From positions 1 to 62,000 of the forward strand of contig NW_019091406.1 in the NCBI RefSeq assembly GCF_001949145.1: a stretch of DNA of 62,000 nucleotides. Reading direction: 5' to 3'. The position numbers and the translations under genes are program-made. Every line of letters starts with the position of its first letter. The first letter of the stretch is position 1. Below, piece after piece: positions 15,001-27,000 of this stretch. The notes under the pieces were generated by a model. It saw only the letters and a list, made by a program, of their open reading frames with translations. It did no database searches and had not been told where the DNA came from. The DNA is from Acanthaster planci (Eukaryota).

Positions 15001-18000
15001 AATCCATTGATAACAGGTTCACTGGCAATAAATGTCAAGAAACAAATTGGATCAGCCCTCAGTAAAATCCTCCCACTCTTCAAAGAGTCTTCATTGCTCA
15101 ACACAGTCATATGACTGACTTTGAGAAATTGCCTGCTTAGGAACATTGGATGACAGTGGAAACCTCTATTTCTTTCCTCAAGGCCCATCTACAACAGAAG
15201 GTCCCATTGGAGGCAGACCCATCACAGTACCAGGAGCAGGTAAAGTAAAATCCTGCAAATCTGTATGCAAGAAGAACGTGTATCAATAATAATACAGACT
15301 TTTGCCTGGCCAATTTATTCTACATTGCATGTATTATTGGAAGAAAACTACAAACAAATGGTGCCAACAAAGTTGAATCATGCTAAAGCATAGTTTTGTT
15401 AATTCCAGTGCTATATAATACATGTATGACTGACTGCTTTGCTTATAAATCTTTAATTTCCTTTGCATTTTCAGGAGGAAGTATAAATGGATCCATAGGA
15501 ACAGTACCTGGTACAACAACTGAAACATCTTTCCGTTTGACAGGTGAAATGAACGTTTCCCTTTTTAAACTTGTCATTTCTCATTTAAATACGCCAGGCT
15601 TTCAAGTTCTTGGTTTCTATTTTCAATGTTTCTCAACAGGTCAGACAACATCAGCTCCATCAGTGACAATAACATATCCTACTGGACCTGGACCGGCAAG
15701 TTTATTGCCACCAGGTAGGCCAACAACTACATGTATCTATTAAATTAGGCTGAAGAACCCTTTCTATGATTACATACAAATACAGTGCAATATTGTCACG
15801 CAATACTCTCAACCGTATCCTATGCTCTTCCCAATTTTTTTTACATCTCTATAAAGTAGGGGTTAGATTTCTTCAAAAGTCAGAGAAAATCCTGGTCTCT
15901 ATGGAATTACTGTTTCATATTCCTCACAAGAAAATAATTGCCATGATTATGTAAAATGTCTATTTCACACTGTACAAGCATCACACTTGATACCTGCATT
16001 TATGCTACAGGAGGAGTTTATAATGGTTCCATCGGTGTTCAACCTGGCAAAACTGATGAGACATCATTCATATTTACAGGTATGACAAATAGAACATTAA
16101 TGTGAATTGATGTGCATTATATAGGGTCAATTTATGCACTCTTTATTCTTCACTTCTCTGTGATATTTTTGAAAATCAGCACCGGGCTAGTGGCACCTCA
16201 ATTCCTTAATGGTTAAGATACGTCATGTTGTCACTACTACATCATTCACCAAACTTCCTTTTTTCCATACCTTTATGGCCCACAGAGGTTAACATTTCCA
16301 GTTGTTTGGACTTGCCTGCAAGTAGCCAAATTCCATGCATGTCTAAAGGTGTGGTCAACATTCAGCCAATAAGGAAGCAAGTGAAAAGACGCAAACAAAT
16401 TTTTAGCTTTGTGTACTGTACAAAAGTAGGAACATTATTCTGCCTTAGTTTTTCAGATCAAATGGTTGTGCAATGTTTCTTCCTGTGTGATGACTGAAAA
16501 CAACTCTGTAATTTTCTTCAATAATAGAACAAACACAATTATCCCCGACTTCAACTGTGACCAAAACTGTCATCACATCACCAACTGAAGTGGTAACAAA
16601 AGAAATTACAGTATCATCCATCTCCTCTGGCTCAACAACAGAAAGTAAGTTTTCTTTGAAAATATGAAGTGAATTATCAAGAAAAAAATCTTGATGACTT
16701 TTTAACCAAACTTTTACTACACACTAAAATCATCAACATAATTGAATATGCACACTTCATTTCAAACATTTGCCATCTTGGGCTGGGGAGGGGAATCATA
16801 GGAACAATGTGAAATACACATTGTTATCAAATAATGGTTTATGTGATCAAGCTGGAACATTCAGGGAGGGGTAAGTAATCACAATCCAATTTACATATTT
16901 TGAATGTGAGTCATTTGGGAATTTAATGTAGCCTGCAACTGCTGGACTCTCATGCTGTAAAAGTGTGTGCTCTTATCAAGCAGTAACGCATGTGTTCTTT
17001 GACTGTGAAATGTTCATTTCAGTTGTGCAATAAACTATGATGCATCTTATTATCACGTTCTTAACAGATTACTGCATTGAAGGGACTACAGGGACAGAAA
17101 AAGAACGTTTTACTTCTCCAGATGGAATGTATGGGCAAGGTTATATTGACAGTGATGTAGCATGGTCTCTCACAGCTCCAAAATCAACTGCAAATCGTGA
17201 GGCCAGGCCAAAACTAACCGTTGTCTTTGAAGATCCTGTCCGACTTGTTGGTGTTGACCTTCAAGGAAACCCAGATGAAAACATAAAGTTGATGTATGCA
17301 ATTGCAATCCAAACTGAAGAGAATGGGGACTTTGACAAGTTTGTTGGTCGTTTGGTGAGTGTGGTTGCTCCTTCTATCTTGTTCAAAATTTTGGCATAAG
17401 ATCACCTTTCATTTAGTTCTTTGTGCATGTAAATATTAATTTGTCCATAAAATTAAACGTTCAGTGAGGTGTTAGATAAGACACCACCTATGTTTCTACA
17501 AGATCAATTTTCCATTCATTCTCTACCAGAGGAGTTATCTATCTTTTAACCTGTCTTGTGTTGAAGACTTATATTTTTTAGCAGGCCTAGTTAAAATTGA
17601 TGAATCAAAATCTAAAATCTGCATAAAATAAACTCAGATTTTGTCTAAAAGGGATAAGGAAACAGGAGGGTTGGTTTTATTTCACTCGGCACATCTAAAA
17701 GTTGTATTTAAGATACATCTTGTGACACAAAAGTTACATGTTGTTAGAACATACCGGTACATGTTTGATACACACCTGCAAATAAGTTGCCATTATTTTC
17801 CAGTTAGTGTGCTTGGCTTGTGCAATACTGGGCACCTGACAATTTGCTCCATTAAAGTTAAACTGTTATAATTCCAATTTTTATTTACAGACAAACATCA
17901 TTGATTTGCAAGGAGATAGCATAGAACACATATCTTTTGATAGCTCTGACATCTCAAGTGGGGTCCGACAAGCTCGCCTGGAAGTAAGAGCTATCTTTGG

Positions 18001-21000
18001 CAAAGCCACAGAAGAAAATTTAAGAGTAGCTTTCCACAGCTGCAGGGAGGGTAAGTTTAGATCATCAGACTGAGTAAGTTTAGGTTAAACATCAACGATT
18101 AAAATTTTACCACGGACACAGTGTTCTCGTTTTAGGGAAAGAACAAAAACTAATGGAAAATATGGCGAGTATTTTGTACATGTACTACAATTCTAACATT
18201 AACACGGCTCTAAAGATGTTGTTTAGGATACATGTAGGAAGGTGCTCTTCAGCAACACTGAATGATTCATGCAAAATCAAAGGAAACAGATCTTACTACT
18301 AACTCTGGAAAACACAATTCCTCAACTAAATATGAATATGAAAAGTTGCGCTAGCATACTAGGAAAGGAGTTTATTTATGGGTCATGCAGGAAAGCCTTT
18401 CGGTCTTAATCTTTCTAGCAGAATATACGTAAAGGCTAAAACTTTGGTTTTAACTACAGAATCGATTTCAACTGAAGTAACAACAACGGTTGCAAAGACG
18501 ACTACAGTTCCGACCTTAACAACAACTCCTTCATCGACATCTGAGGAGACAACAACTGTCACTGTCAGTATATCCTCAACATCAACCAAGACTATAACAG
18601 AAACATCAACCAAGATGACCAGCTTTGGTCCCTCTACTACAAAAGGTACTGAAATTTATCTGATAGTTTGTCAGGCAGTAGATACTTAATAAGCAGATAC
18701 AAGACTCAGAATCTGGAAACCTCCTATTTCAAGCATCAAATTCCATTGAAAGTTGATAAGCTTAAGGTGCTAAGCAGGAAAGAATGTGCTCATAGTTTCT
18801 GTACAAACTGACCCTTCCAAATAAGGATGAATGTCTTAAATTTGTTGTACCTTCAACATTTTCCTGTCACTAATGGGTTGCTCCTACATTCAATGCATCT
18901 TTGCATCTTCTGGATTTCTGAGGAGATATCATTGATTCTTGATGGATTGCTTGGACCACTATATATGTGCAGATGAACATATGGGGGCAATTCCAAATAA
19001 CAGACAATATTGGCAAACAGAAAATGCGCACACGTATCACGCATCCTTATCTTTTCTGCTGATGACCTCATCACTTTAGGCTGTGTCATTATACGTAATG
19101 TGTAGAGGCCCCACAGATGACAACGAATGTAAGCAACTTGGAACCCATACGTATGAAGTTTCGGTTTTGCAAACCTCATTACACTACCAATTTGTGTTCC
19201 TATAAACAAAAATTTCATACTTGCAAAGTCACTCAAAGGAATGCCTTTGAGTGACTTTGGGGTGAAGAAATTCTGTTTTTGAAGAAATAGGGCCACCTAT
19301 GTTGCTACATTGCCTTATGCATCATCACATATGAACATGCAAGTCATGACAAAACTAAATTTGTGCATGCTTATACATACCCGTATATGTGTTGTGTCAT
19401 ACGGATACACATACGAACACAAACGAATCAGCTTGGATGCTGAAACTGTCTAATGGCAACCCTTGCACAAATTTTCAATTTGGCATAGATAGAGTGACAT
19501 ACATAAACTTTGTCTTATCTCTGACACAGGAGATTGCATGGACCTTCTACTGGATCGTGAAGCTAACCGCATAGCATCTCCTTCCAATCAGCAAGTGGCA
19601 TTGTCAACATTCAGCAGGGATGAAAAATACTCATTCAGTGCAGCACAAGCAGAAATATACTTGCTCTTCAACTCAGTGTTGCGCATTACTGCCATTGACC
19701 TGTTCACCGAAGGGGTGAAGAATTTTGCTGTTTTTGCTGGATCCTCCTTCTCTGATCTCAAACCAATTACAGATGCCAATGGTCAACAGCAGGTGAGACT
19801 ATATATAAAGCAGGTGTATCATACATAGCCAAAAGGTCACATTTCCTATTTTCACAAATAACATGTTGAGAAAGAGGTTCCACTGTATCCAACTAAGTTG
19901 TGTCTTTAGGGCAGGAAAACATAAAGCTTGAATGCAATGTAAAAGCAGTCAATTGTATGTAGAGTTTGCATTTAACAGGCATTTTCTGGTGGATTAGAAA
20001 AAGTACAATACAAGCTAACATTTTATGAACAAGGACACAAGTATCAAAAACTCATCCAGGAAAATTAATCAATATGAAAAGAGTGAAGAAAATAAAAAAT
20101 CTTGAAATAAAATATATCTGCTTCAGCACACAACTGATGGAATGGGTACATGCATACAAGTTAAAAGTAGTTTTCATAAATTTCTACCAAAAAAAACTTC
20201 TTTCTGTTCATCTGAAACAGGAATTCACGATAGACAAGTCTTCTGAATTCACCAGAATCACATTGCCAGATGTCCAGGAGTTACAGAATGTTAGAGCCAT
20301 GAAGCTACAATTCTTTAGATCCTTGGACTCTGTTGAAACCGCAACTCTGAAAACAGAACTTGTTGGTTGCGTAAAAGGTATGTACACCGTGTAAAGGGTT
20401 TTCACAAGTTTCAGAGTCCTAGAGCTGATCATGATGTATTTGGAGACAAAAACTATTGAAATGTATTTACAATACACAGTCTACAGTAAGATTGTTTTGT
20501 TGGTGTTTTGTCAATTTTAATTGGATCTTTTCTATAACTTTAATATCATTGAGTATAATTGTATAAATATATAAATCTTTTTTATTGTTTTATTAACGTT
20601 TTTCATGGTTAATCATGCATAATTCTGCCATAATCTGCCAGTCTTTCATAATTCTGTTAAAGTAAACAACTTATGAATGAATCCCAAAGATTTGACAAGC
20701 TACATGCCTCAATTATGGTACATATGTACTTCTGTGCACTCCAAGACTTCAAAAAGGTACACTGCTATCATTAATAAATAATGCACCCTTTTGTTGCATT
20801 TATAGTCAAATGTACTTTATTGCCAGTTTTTTCATTTTTTTCTTTTCCAAAAGAACTTCCATCAGAAAAGGAACTTCTCACAACACTGGAAGTGACAGTC
20901 GAAGCACCTCTCACCACAGAAGCAACAACAACAGAAAAGAAGGAAACAAAATCAGTTACCACTACAGCAGAGGAGGTCATCACAGACGTATCTACTACAA

Positions 21001-24000
21001 CAAAAACTACTTTGAATCCTGAAGGAACAAGCACTCAACAACCACAAGGCAAGCCAATCCTTTCATTGCACTAAAAGACCAAATGTGTACACTGAACCTT
21101 TGAAAAGGTCCACAACATGTATTACCAATGAAACAGAAGAAAAATCTAAACTTATGTGTGAACAAGTACTAGAACAATAAAAATGTTTGCTGTTCATTTT
21201 AAAAATTGATTTATTATTAATTTCTGATACTGAATCAATTCCCCTGAAGTTCTCATGGCATTCCAAGTATTGTAGCATATAAGCCTCAAAAAAACTTAGG
21301 AGAGATGAGAATTAAACAAGCTCAGAAAAACTTCAGGAAAAACATCCCAGAAATACTCTGGACTGAAATCCAATCCCCATGTTTTAGTGAAAAGGCACCA
21401 TTCCAACTTGGTTTCAAAACACGACTTAATGCATGTTTTTCCATTTTGTAAAATACGATTTTTAAACTCATAGCAAAATATTTAGGCCAAGCTCTAGTAT
21501 ACAATGAACTAAAATTGGTTCCAGAAAACAGTGGTAAGAATATCAATCAGCTTTTCTTGGATCACATTTCAGCAGGTGTTCCATCAGCATCAACATCCAA
21601 AACTTCAAGCGTCAAAACCACTGTCCCAACTACTCCTGGCAGCATGGAAACAACCAAGGAAGAAACTACAACTACAGCAGTAGCCACAACTGAGACTGAA
21701 ACCACAACCAAAACTACATCAACAGCCAAAATAACACAGTTGGCCACTCTCATTCCAAAAGGTGTTGTATCCCTTATAAAGTTTGGCTTCAGAATGCTGC
21801 TAGTTTATGGGCTATTGTTGCTTTGGATTACATACATTTCTCACTGCTACAAAACAATTTGTGTATACAGGTTGAGTTCATCACATGTACAATTTTGCCT
21901 GCAAAATTCCACATTTCTTGGACTTTTACAAAAACCAGTTGTTAAGCATATTTGAGTCATACAGTCTTAATTGCTCCAGTGACAAAACTCTCTAATCTGC
22001 CTATATTTACAATGACATTTGTCGTATGTACACACAAGTAGACCGAATTACAATCCTAATGTTCTTGTTGATAAATGCATTATTCCTTATACACTCTTCT
22101 TGTATCTCATGAGAAATGTCTACATCATATTACACCTCCAGAAAACTGCAATGACGTCCTAACACCATTCATGAGCCAGAGTTCAATGGCAGATGGTCCA
22201 GTGCCCTCACAGCGCAGGTTTGTTGTTCCATTCACAACTCCAGTAACAATAACGGAGTTGACCTTGCAGGGAGACACACAGGGCAATGCAATTATGAGCT
22301 TCACTGTCAGCTACCGACTGTATGAGGAGGACTCGACACGGGAACTTCAAGATGATTCTGGCCTGCAGGTCAGTTTTCAACCATTCCTAGAATAACTTTG
22401 AGGTTAACTTTGGCATAATTTAGAAATGATTTCTTCACATTTGTCTCCAGCATACAAAGACAGGCATCCAGAGCAAACTATGGCTGCATAATTTAGACCG
22501 ATTCACACACTGATTGATGCAAGAAGAAAAATAAGTCATTATATGTAAATGACCCACACAAGTTAATTGCTGATTAGATATCAATTCTAACTTTCCTAAA
22601 GTAAATGTACGAATGACAGAATTACAAATAAATTTAACTGTTGTTATCCCAGAGTATGTCTATATTGGGCTTTAAATGGGCACATGTATATGTCAGTTTA
22701 TCTTTTTGATAAATATAAATACATTTATAAGAAATTGAAAACACACCACCTGATCCCATTCCAATGTGCATAATATATGTTCATATACATAGACCAAAAA
22801 GTGCTTAGATACCTGCAATACCTGCTGAGTTGCCAAATTAAATACAATTGCTTTATTGTATTCCTCTGACTAGATTTTCAATGTACCTTGGGATGTGGAT
22901 GTGACTGACCCAGTCACCATATCTTTGCCATTCACCAAACTGGAAAATGTCATAGAAGTAACCCTCACCAACTTGAATGTGCCTGAAAACAAGCAAGCAA
23001 TCTTTACTGCTGAATTCCATGGCTGTGTGAACTGTGAGTGTTTGAATTATTAGCATGATTTCCCTTCACTTTCCAATCAGACATTTTCTAACCTCTGTTA
23101 TTAAGCAATCTGATGACCATGTGGGCCATCACTTTCCTGTGATTCTGCCTTTTCATGTTTCCTTTTGTCTCTAAATGTGGAGTCCATAATCTCCTTTTTG
23201 TGGTGAGATGATGCCACACATCAAGTCACCTATAGTGTTTTTGTTTATTTTGGTTAGCTCTGTGCTTATCATTGCCTCTCAATACTATTTACAAATATTG
23301 GCATTGCCACATTAAAAGTGATGCTCAGTCTCTTCAGTTTAACAGTTTCGACAGTTTGGGACACAGAATAAAATTAATCTGTATCTACCAGAAACACCAG
23401 TGTGACCTATTTTATCTTTTCCTTTGAGGAGCTTATTATTTCAAACAAAGAGCCTCAATGTATACCTTGCATCTGTCATTTTTAAGTGTAAATATATTGA
23501 CAAAGTCTACAGAAAACTTTAATCAAATCATGTGAGTACGCTATCCGGTAAAGGACTTGAACTGACTGAAATGGAATTAAAATGCAATTCATTCTAAGTT
23601 ATTCTTTCTGCATTTTCAAGCAGTACCGATAATTACACCCTCGATAACAACGATGCTCACATCAACTACCTCCACAACAACCGCCCCAACAAGCACCACA
23701 CCAGAGATGTTGAACACAATGCTGTCATCAACTGTGACCACCACTACAGCAAAGGTCACAACCACAGAAGTTACCAGACAAACTGTGAAGGCAATCACCG
23801 AACCTGAAAGTGAGTGAGATTCTTTGTGTCAGTTACGGTCAGGTTGCCCTTGTTAAAATACGTTTACAATATGCAGCACTCGTTTAAGTAAAAGCAAAAA
23901 AGGTGGTATACATAAGGAAAAAAAATTCCTTCAATGGGCACCAATCATTCACTTCACAGGGTTATTGTAACATTAAAGAGACCAAATACTTTTAAATGTT

Positions 24001-27000
24001 TAAGACCTGGAAGACCAAATTCAGTTGTTCAAAGCATTTTTCCTCTGCTTGTGAGTTTCAAATTCCTAGAACAATTTATGTAATTAATTACTGTGGAGTT
24101 AAGATTGTTCACACAATAAACTCACAACTTGCTCTTTACAACTTCTTTGTCTGTCACTCCTGCAACTCGGAAAAAAGTCACTAAAAGAACCACTGTTTTA
24201 AACTGAAACTTATCTCACAGCTAATATATGTTTCAATTTGGTATCTATTTTCTGTTTTAGAATTATGCGACAAAGACCTGTCCAGGTTTGATGGAACCAC
24301 TGTGACAAGATCCACTGATCTTGGCACACTAGGTTCAAATGAGCCATGGAGACCATCCGACCAGAATCGCAGACTGACCATTTCTTTCGAACCACCTGTG
24401 GTTGTTCAATCACTGACTGCAGAGCAGGATGATGACTTTGATTTCATTGCATTCTACATTCTGCCCAGCTCAAACACTAGAATTGTCATCAAAGATGCAA
24501 ATGGCATAAAGGTAAGTGTACAAAAAGTACTATAACAAGTGCACTCATTAAAGAGCTCATACATAATTACACCCAATGCTTCACAATCCCCCCCAGCAAA
24601 TCGCATAAACATTGTCTATCATTTAACTTCCAAAGCAAAGAATTAATCCTTATGACCCTTTTCACTGATTATGAGACTGCTTACTGTGTAATTCATGCTA
24701 AAATACCCACTCTTAAAAATTCCCAATTAAATGATTCAGCCAGGTTCAAACAAATATGTACAAGACGATAAACTGTTTAGTGAATTTGTAATGTGCTTTT
24801 AGTGGATGACATCTCCAGAACAAGCTGGCAGACACAGTAATTTTTCTCAATTTCTGTAGACATTTAGTGGTGGAGCAGACCAAGTAAGACAGTATCTGCC
24901 TGAAGATGTTGGAGAAATTGGAGTGCTAGAACTCTTTTACCGATCCACAATCAGTGCAGATCCACAAGAAAGTCCTGAAGTCATGGTGAACCTTTTTGGC
25001 TGCTTTGATCGTAAGTGGGAGTCCCTTCTTTCTTTTTTCATTCTGACAACTTTTTTGAAATATCAAAGAAATTTATCCTACTTGTTGTGAAAAAGGTAAA
25101 TCAATACCAAAGACATATTCATGTTGAAATTTGTAGTATAACTCAATTGTATAACTTCTTTTAACTGAAAAGACATCTTGATTAAAAGGAAATAATACTC
25201 CAAAAATCAATCACACCCAAATTTTACATGGAAAATCTTCCTCAGATTTGACAACTACAGCAGTCACGACAACAGTGAGCAAACTTGAGACAATGCCAGC
25301 AGAGGCTAAATCTAGCACAAAACCGAGTGTGGAAATAAAGACGACAACAGAGAGGGTTTCTGTGTCACCAACCCAGAAGGTCACTGTCACCGCAACATCC
25401 ATTCCAGGCAGAGGTAAACTCTTGATAATTGTATTTATTCTCCATGAAAGTTGATAAAGTTATTTTGGACTGTTTAATTATTTGTCTGTTTCAAACAAGT
25501 CAAATTATTAATGGAAGTTAATATCTAGATCAAATGACACAAATAACATCATACACATTGCGCTTTATCACTTTGCAATTTCTAACCATCAGCTCATATT
25601 TAAATAGTTCTTTTAGATTATTTGGCCTCTAGAAATTTTAATCAGAACATGTAATTTGAATGAGAAGACTTTGAAGTCATATTCATGTTTTAATGGATTA
25701 TACCATTATTTTGTAGAAGTAATACTGATATTGTGATTGGCAATTATTATCTTTTGTAGAAACCTCAACTGTTAAAGAGACTATTACCTCATCTGAAACT
25801 GTAACAGAGAGTGTCATGGAGACAAAAGAATTAGGTGTAACGACGTACACAGCATCAACAACAGTGACATCACAAAAACCATTAACGACCACGCTTGGTA
25901 AGGATAAAGTGTTGACAAGCATTTAAGGTTTTTTCTGTGGGTGAAAGTGTTAACATGAGGAATTACAGTATATCATTGGCCAATGTCACAGACGTTCAGG
26001 AAATTACATCTCAGTTGTTGTTGTTATAATTCAAATTTTCACTTAACATAGACTGCAAAAAAATTGTTTGGGAGGCAAAGAACAAGCCTGTCACTTACTC
26101 AAAGAAACTCAATGACTACAAAAATAGTGCTGCTCTAGTTACTTAATGAGCAAATCCTGTAATTGTTAAATTTACTGTGGATCAGCAGCTACTAGGCAGT
26201 TACTAAATAATAGATGATTAATGGCAATTTCAGGCATTTGTATGGAGAATTTGGAGACATCCCCAGCCTTCATCGGCATGGGTGTTGAGAGGACGACCTC
26301 CATGCCATATAGAAAAGACCTCTCCAGCTTCAGGTTAACCGATGTATGGATGCCAAGCATATCTGATGGCACTGTACCCTTTGTGAGACTTGAGTCTGAC
26401 CATCCCCTCAGACTTAATGCTCTGAAGATGGCTGGTGATGGCCAAGGAAATGGTGTGACAAAATTCCGCCTCAAGTACCTTCCAGCTGGTTCTCAAACAG
26501 AAGTATATTACACTGACAGCACTTCAGGAGAAATCAAGGTAATTATGAAACTAGGCTTCCTGTGAATTTCACATGGAAACATCACACCCTGCGAAATCTT
26601 TGTTCAGAATAATAATGCTCATTTTATGAGCTGGAATGCATGTCCAAGTTTGAATCTATTTCACTTGTAACATTTCCCAGCATTTGTATGCAAGTTTCAA
26701 TTTATTATATTGGTTTTTCAAAATCAGTGGCATTATGGCACAAGTCAGTTTACAAACAAACTGACACAAAGACTAGATTTAAACATATAACTGCAAATCT
26801 TCAAAAGTCAAACTTAACAAATGTTGTCATAATGTTTTATTACAGACATGAACTCTCATTCTAGTCTGTTTTTAAGGGTTCTCGACCTTGCATTTATATT
26901 TATATATTCAGTTATATTTCAAGATGATTAATGAAATTTAGGAAGTTGTAACCGAAAGTTTGATTTTGTCCCCCTGTTTTTCCTTTTAGACATTTACTGG

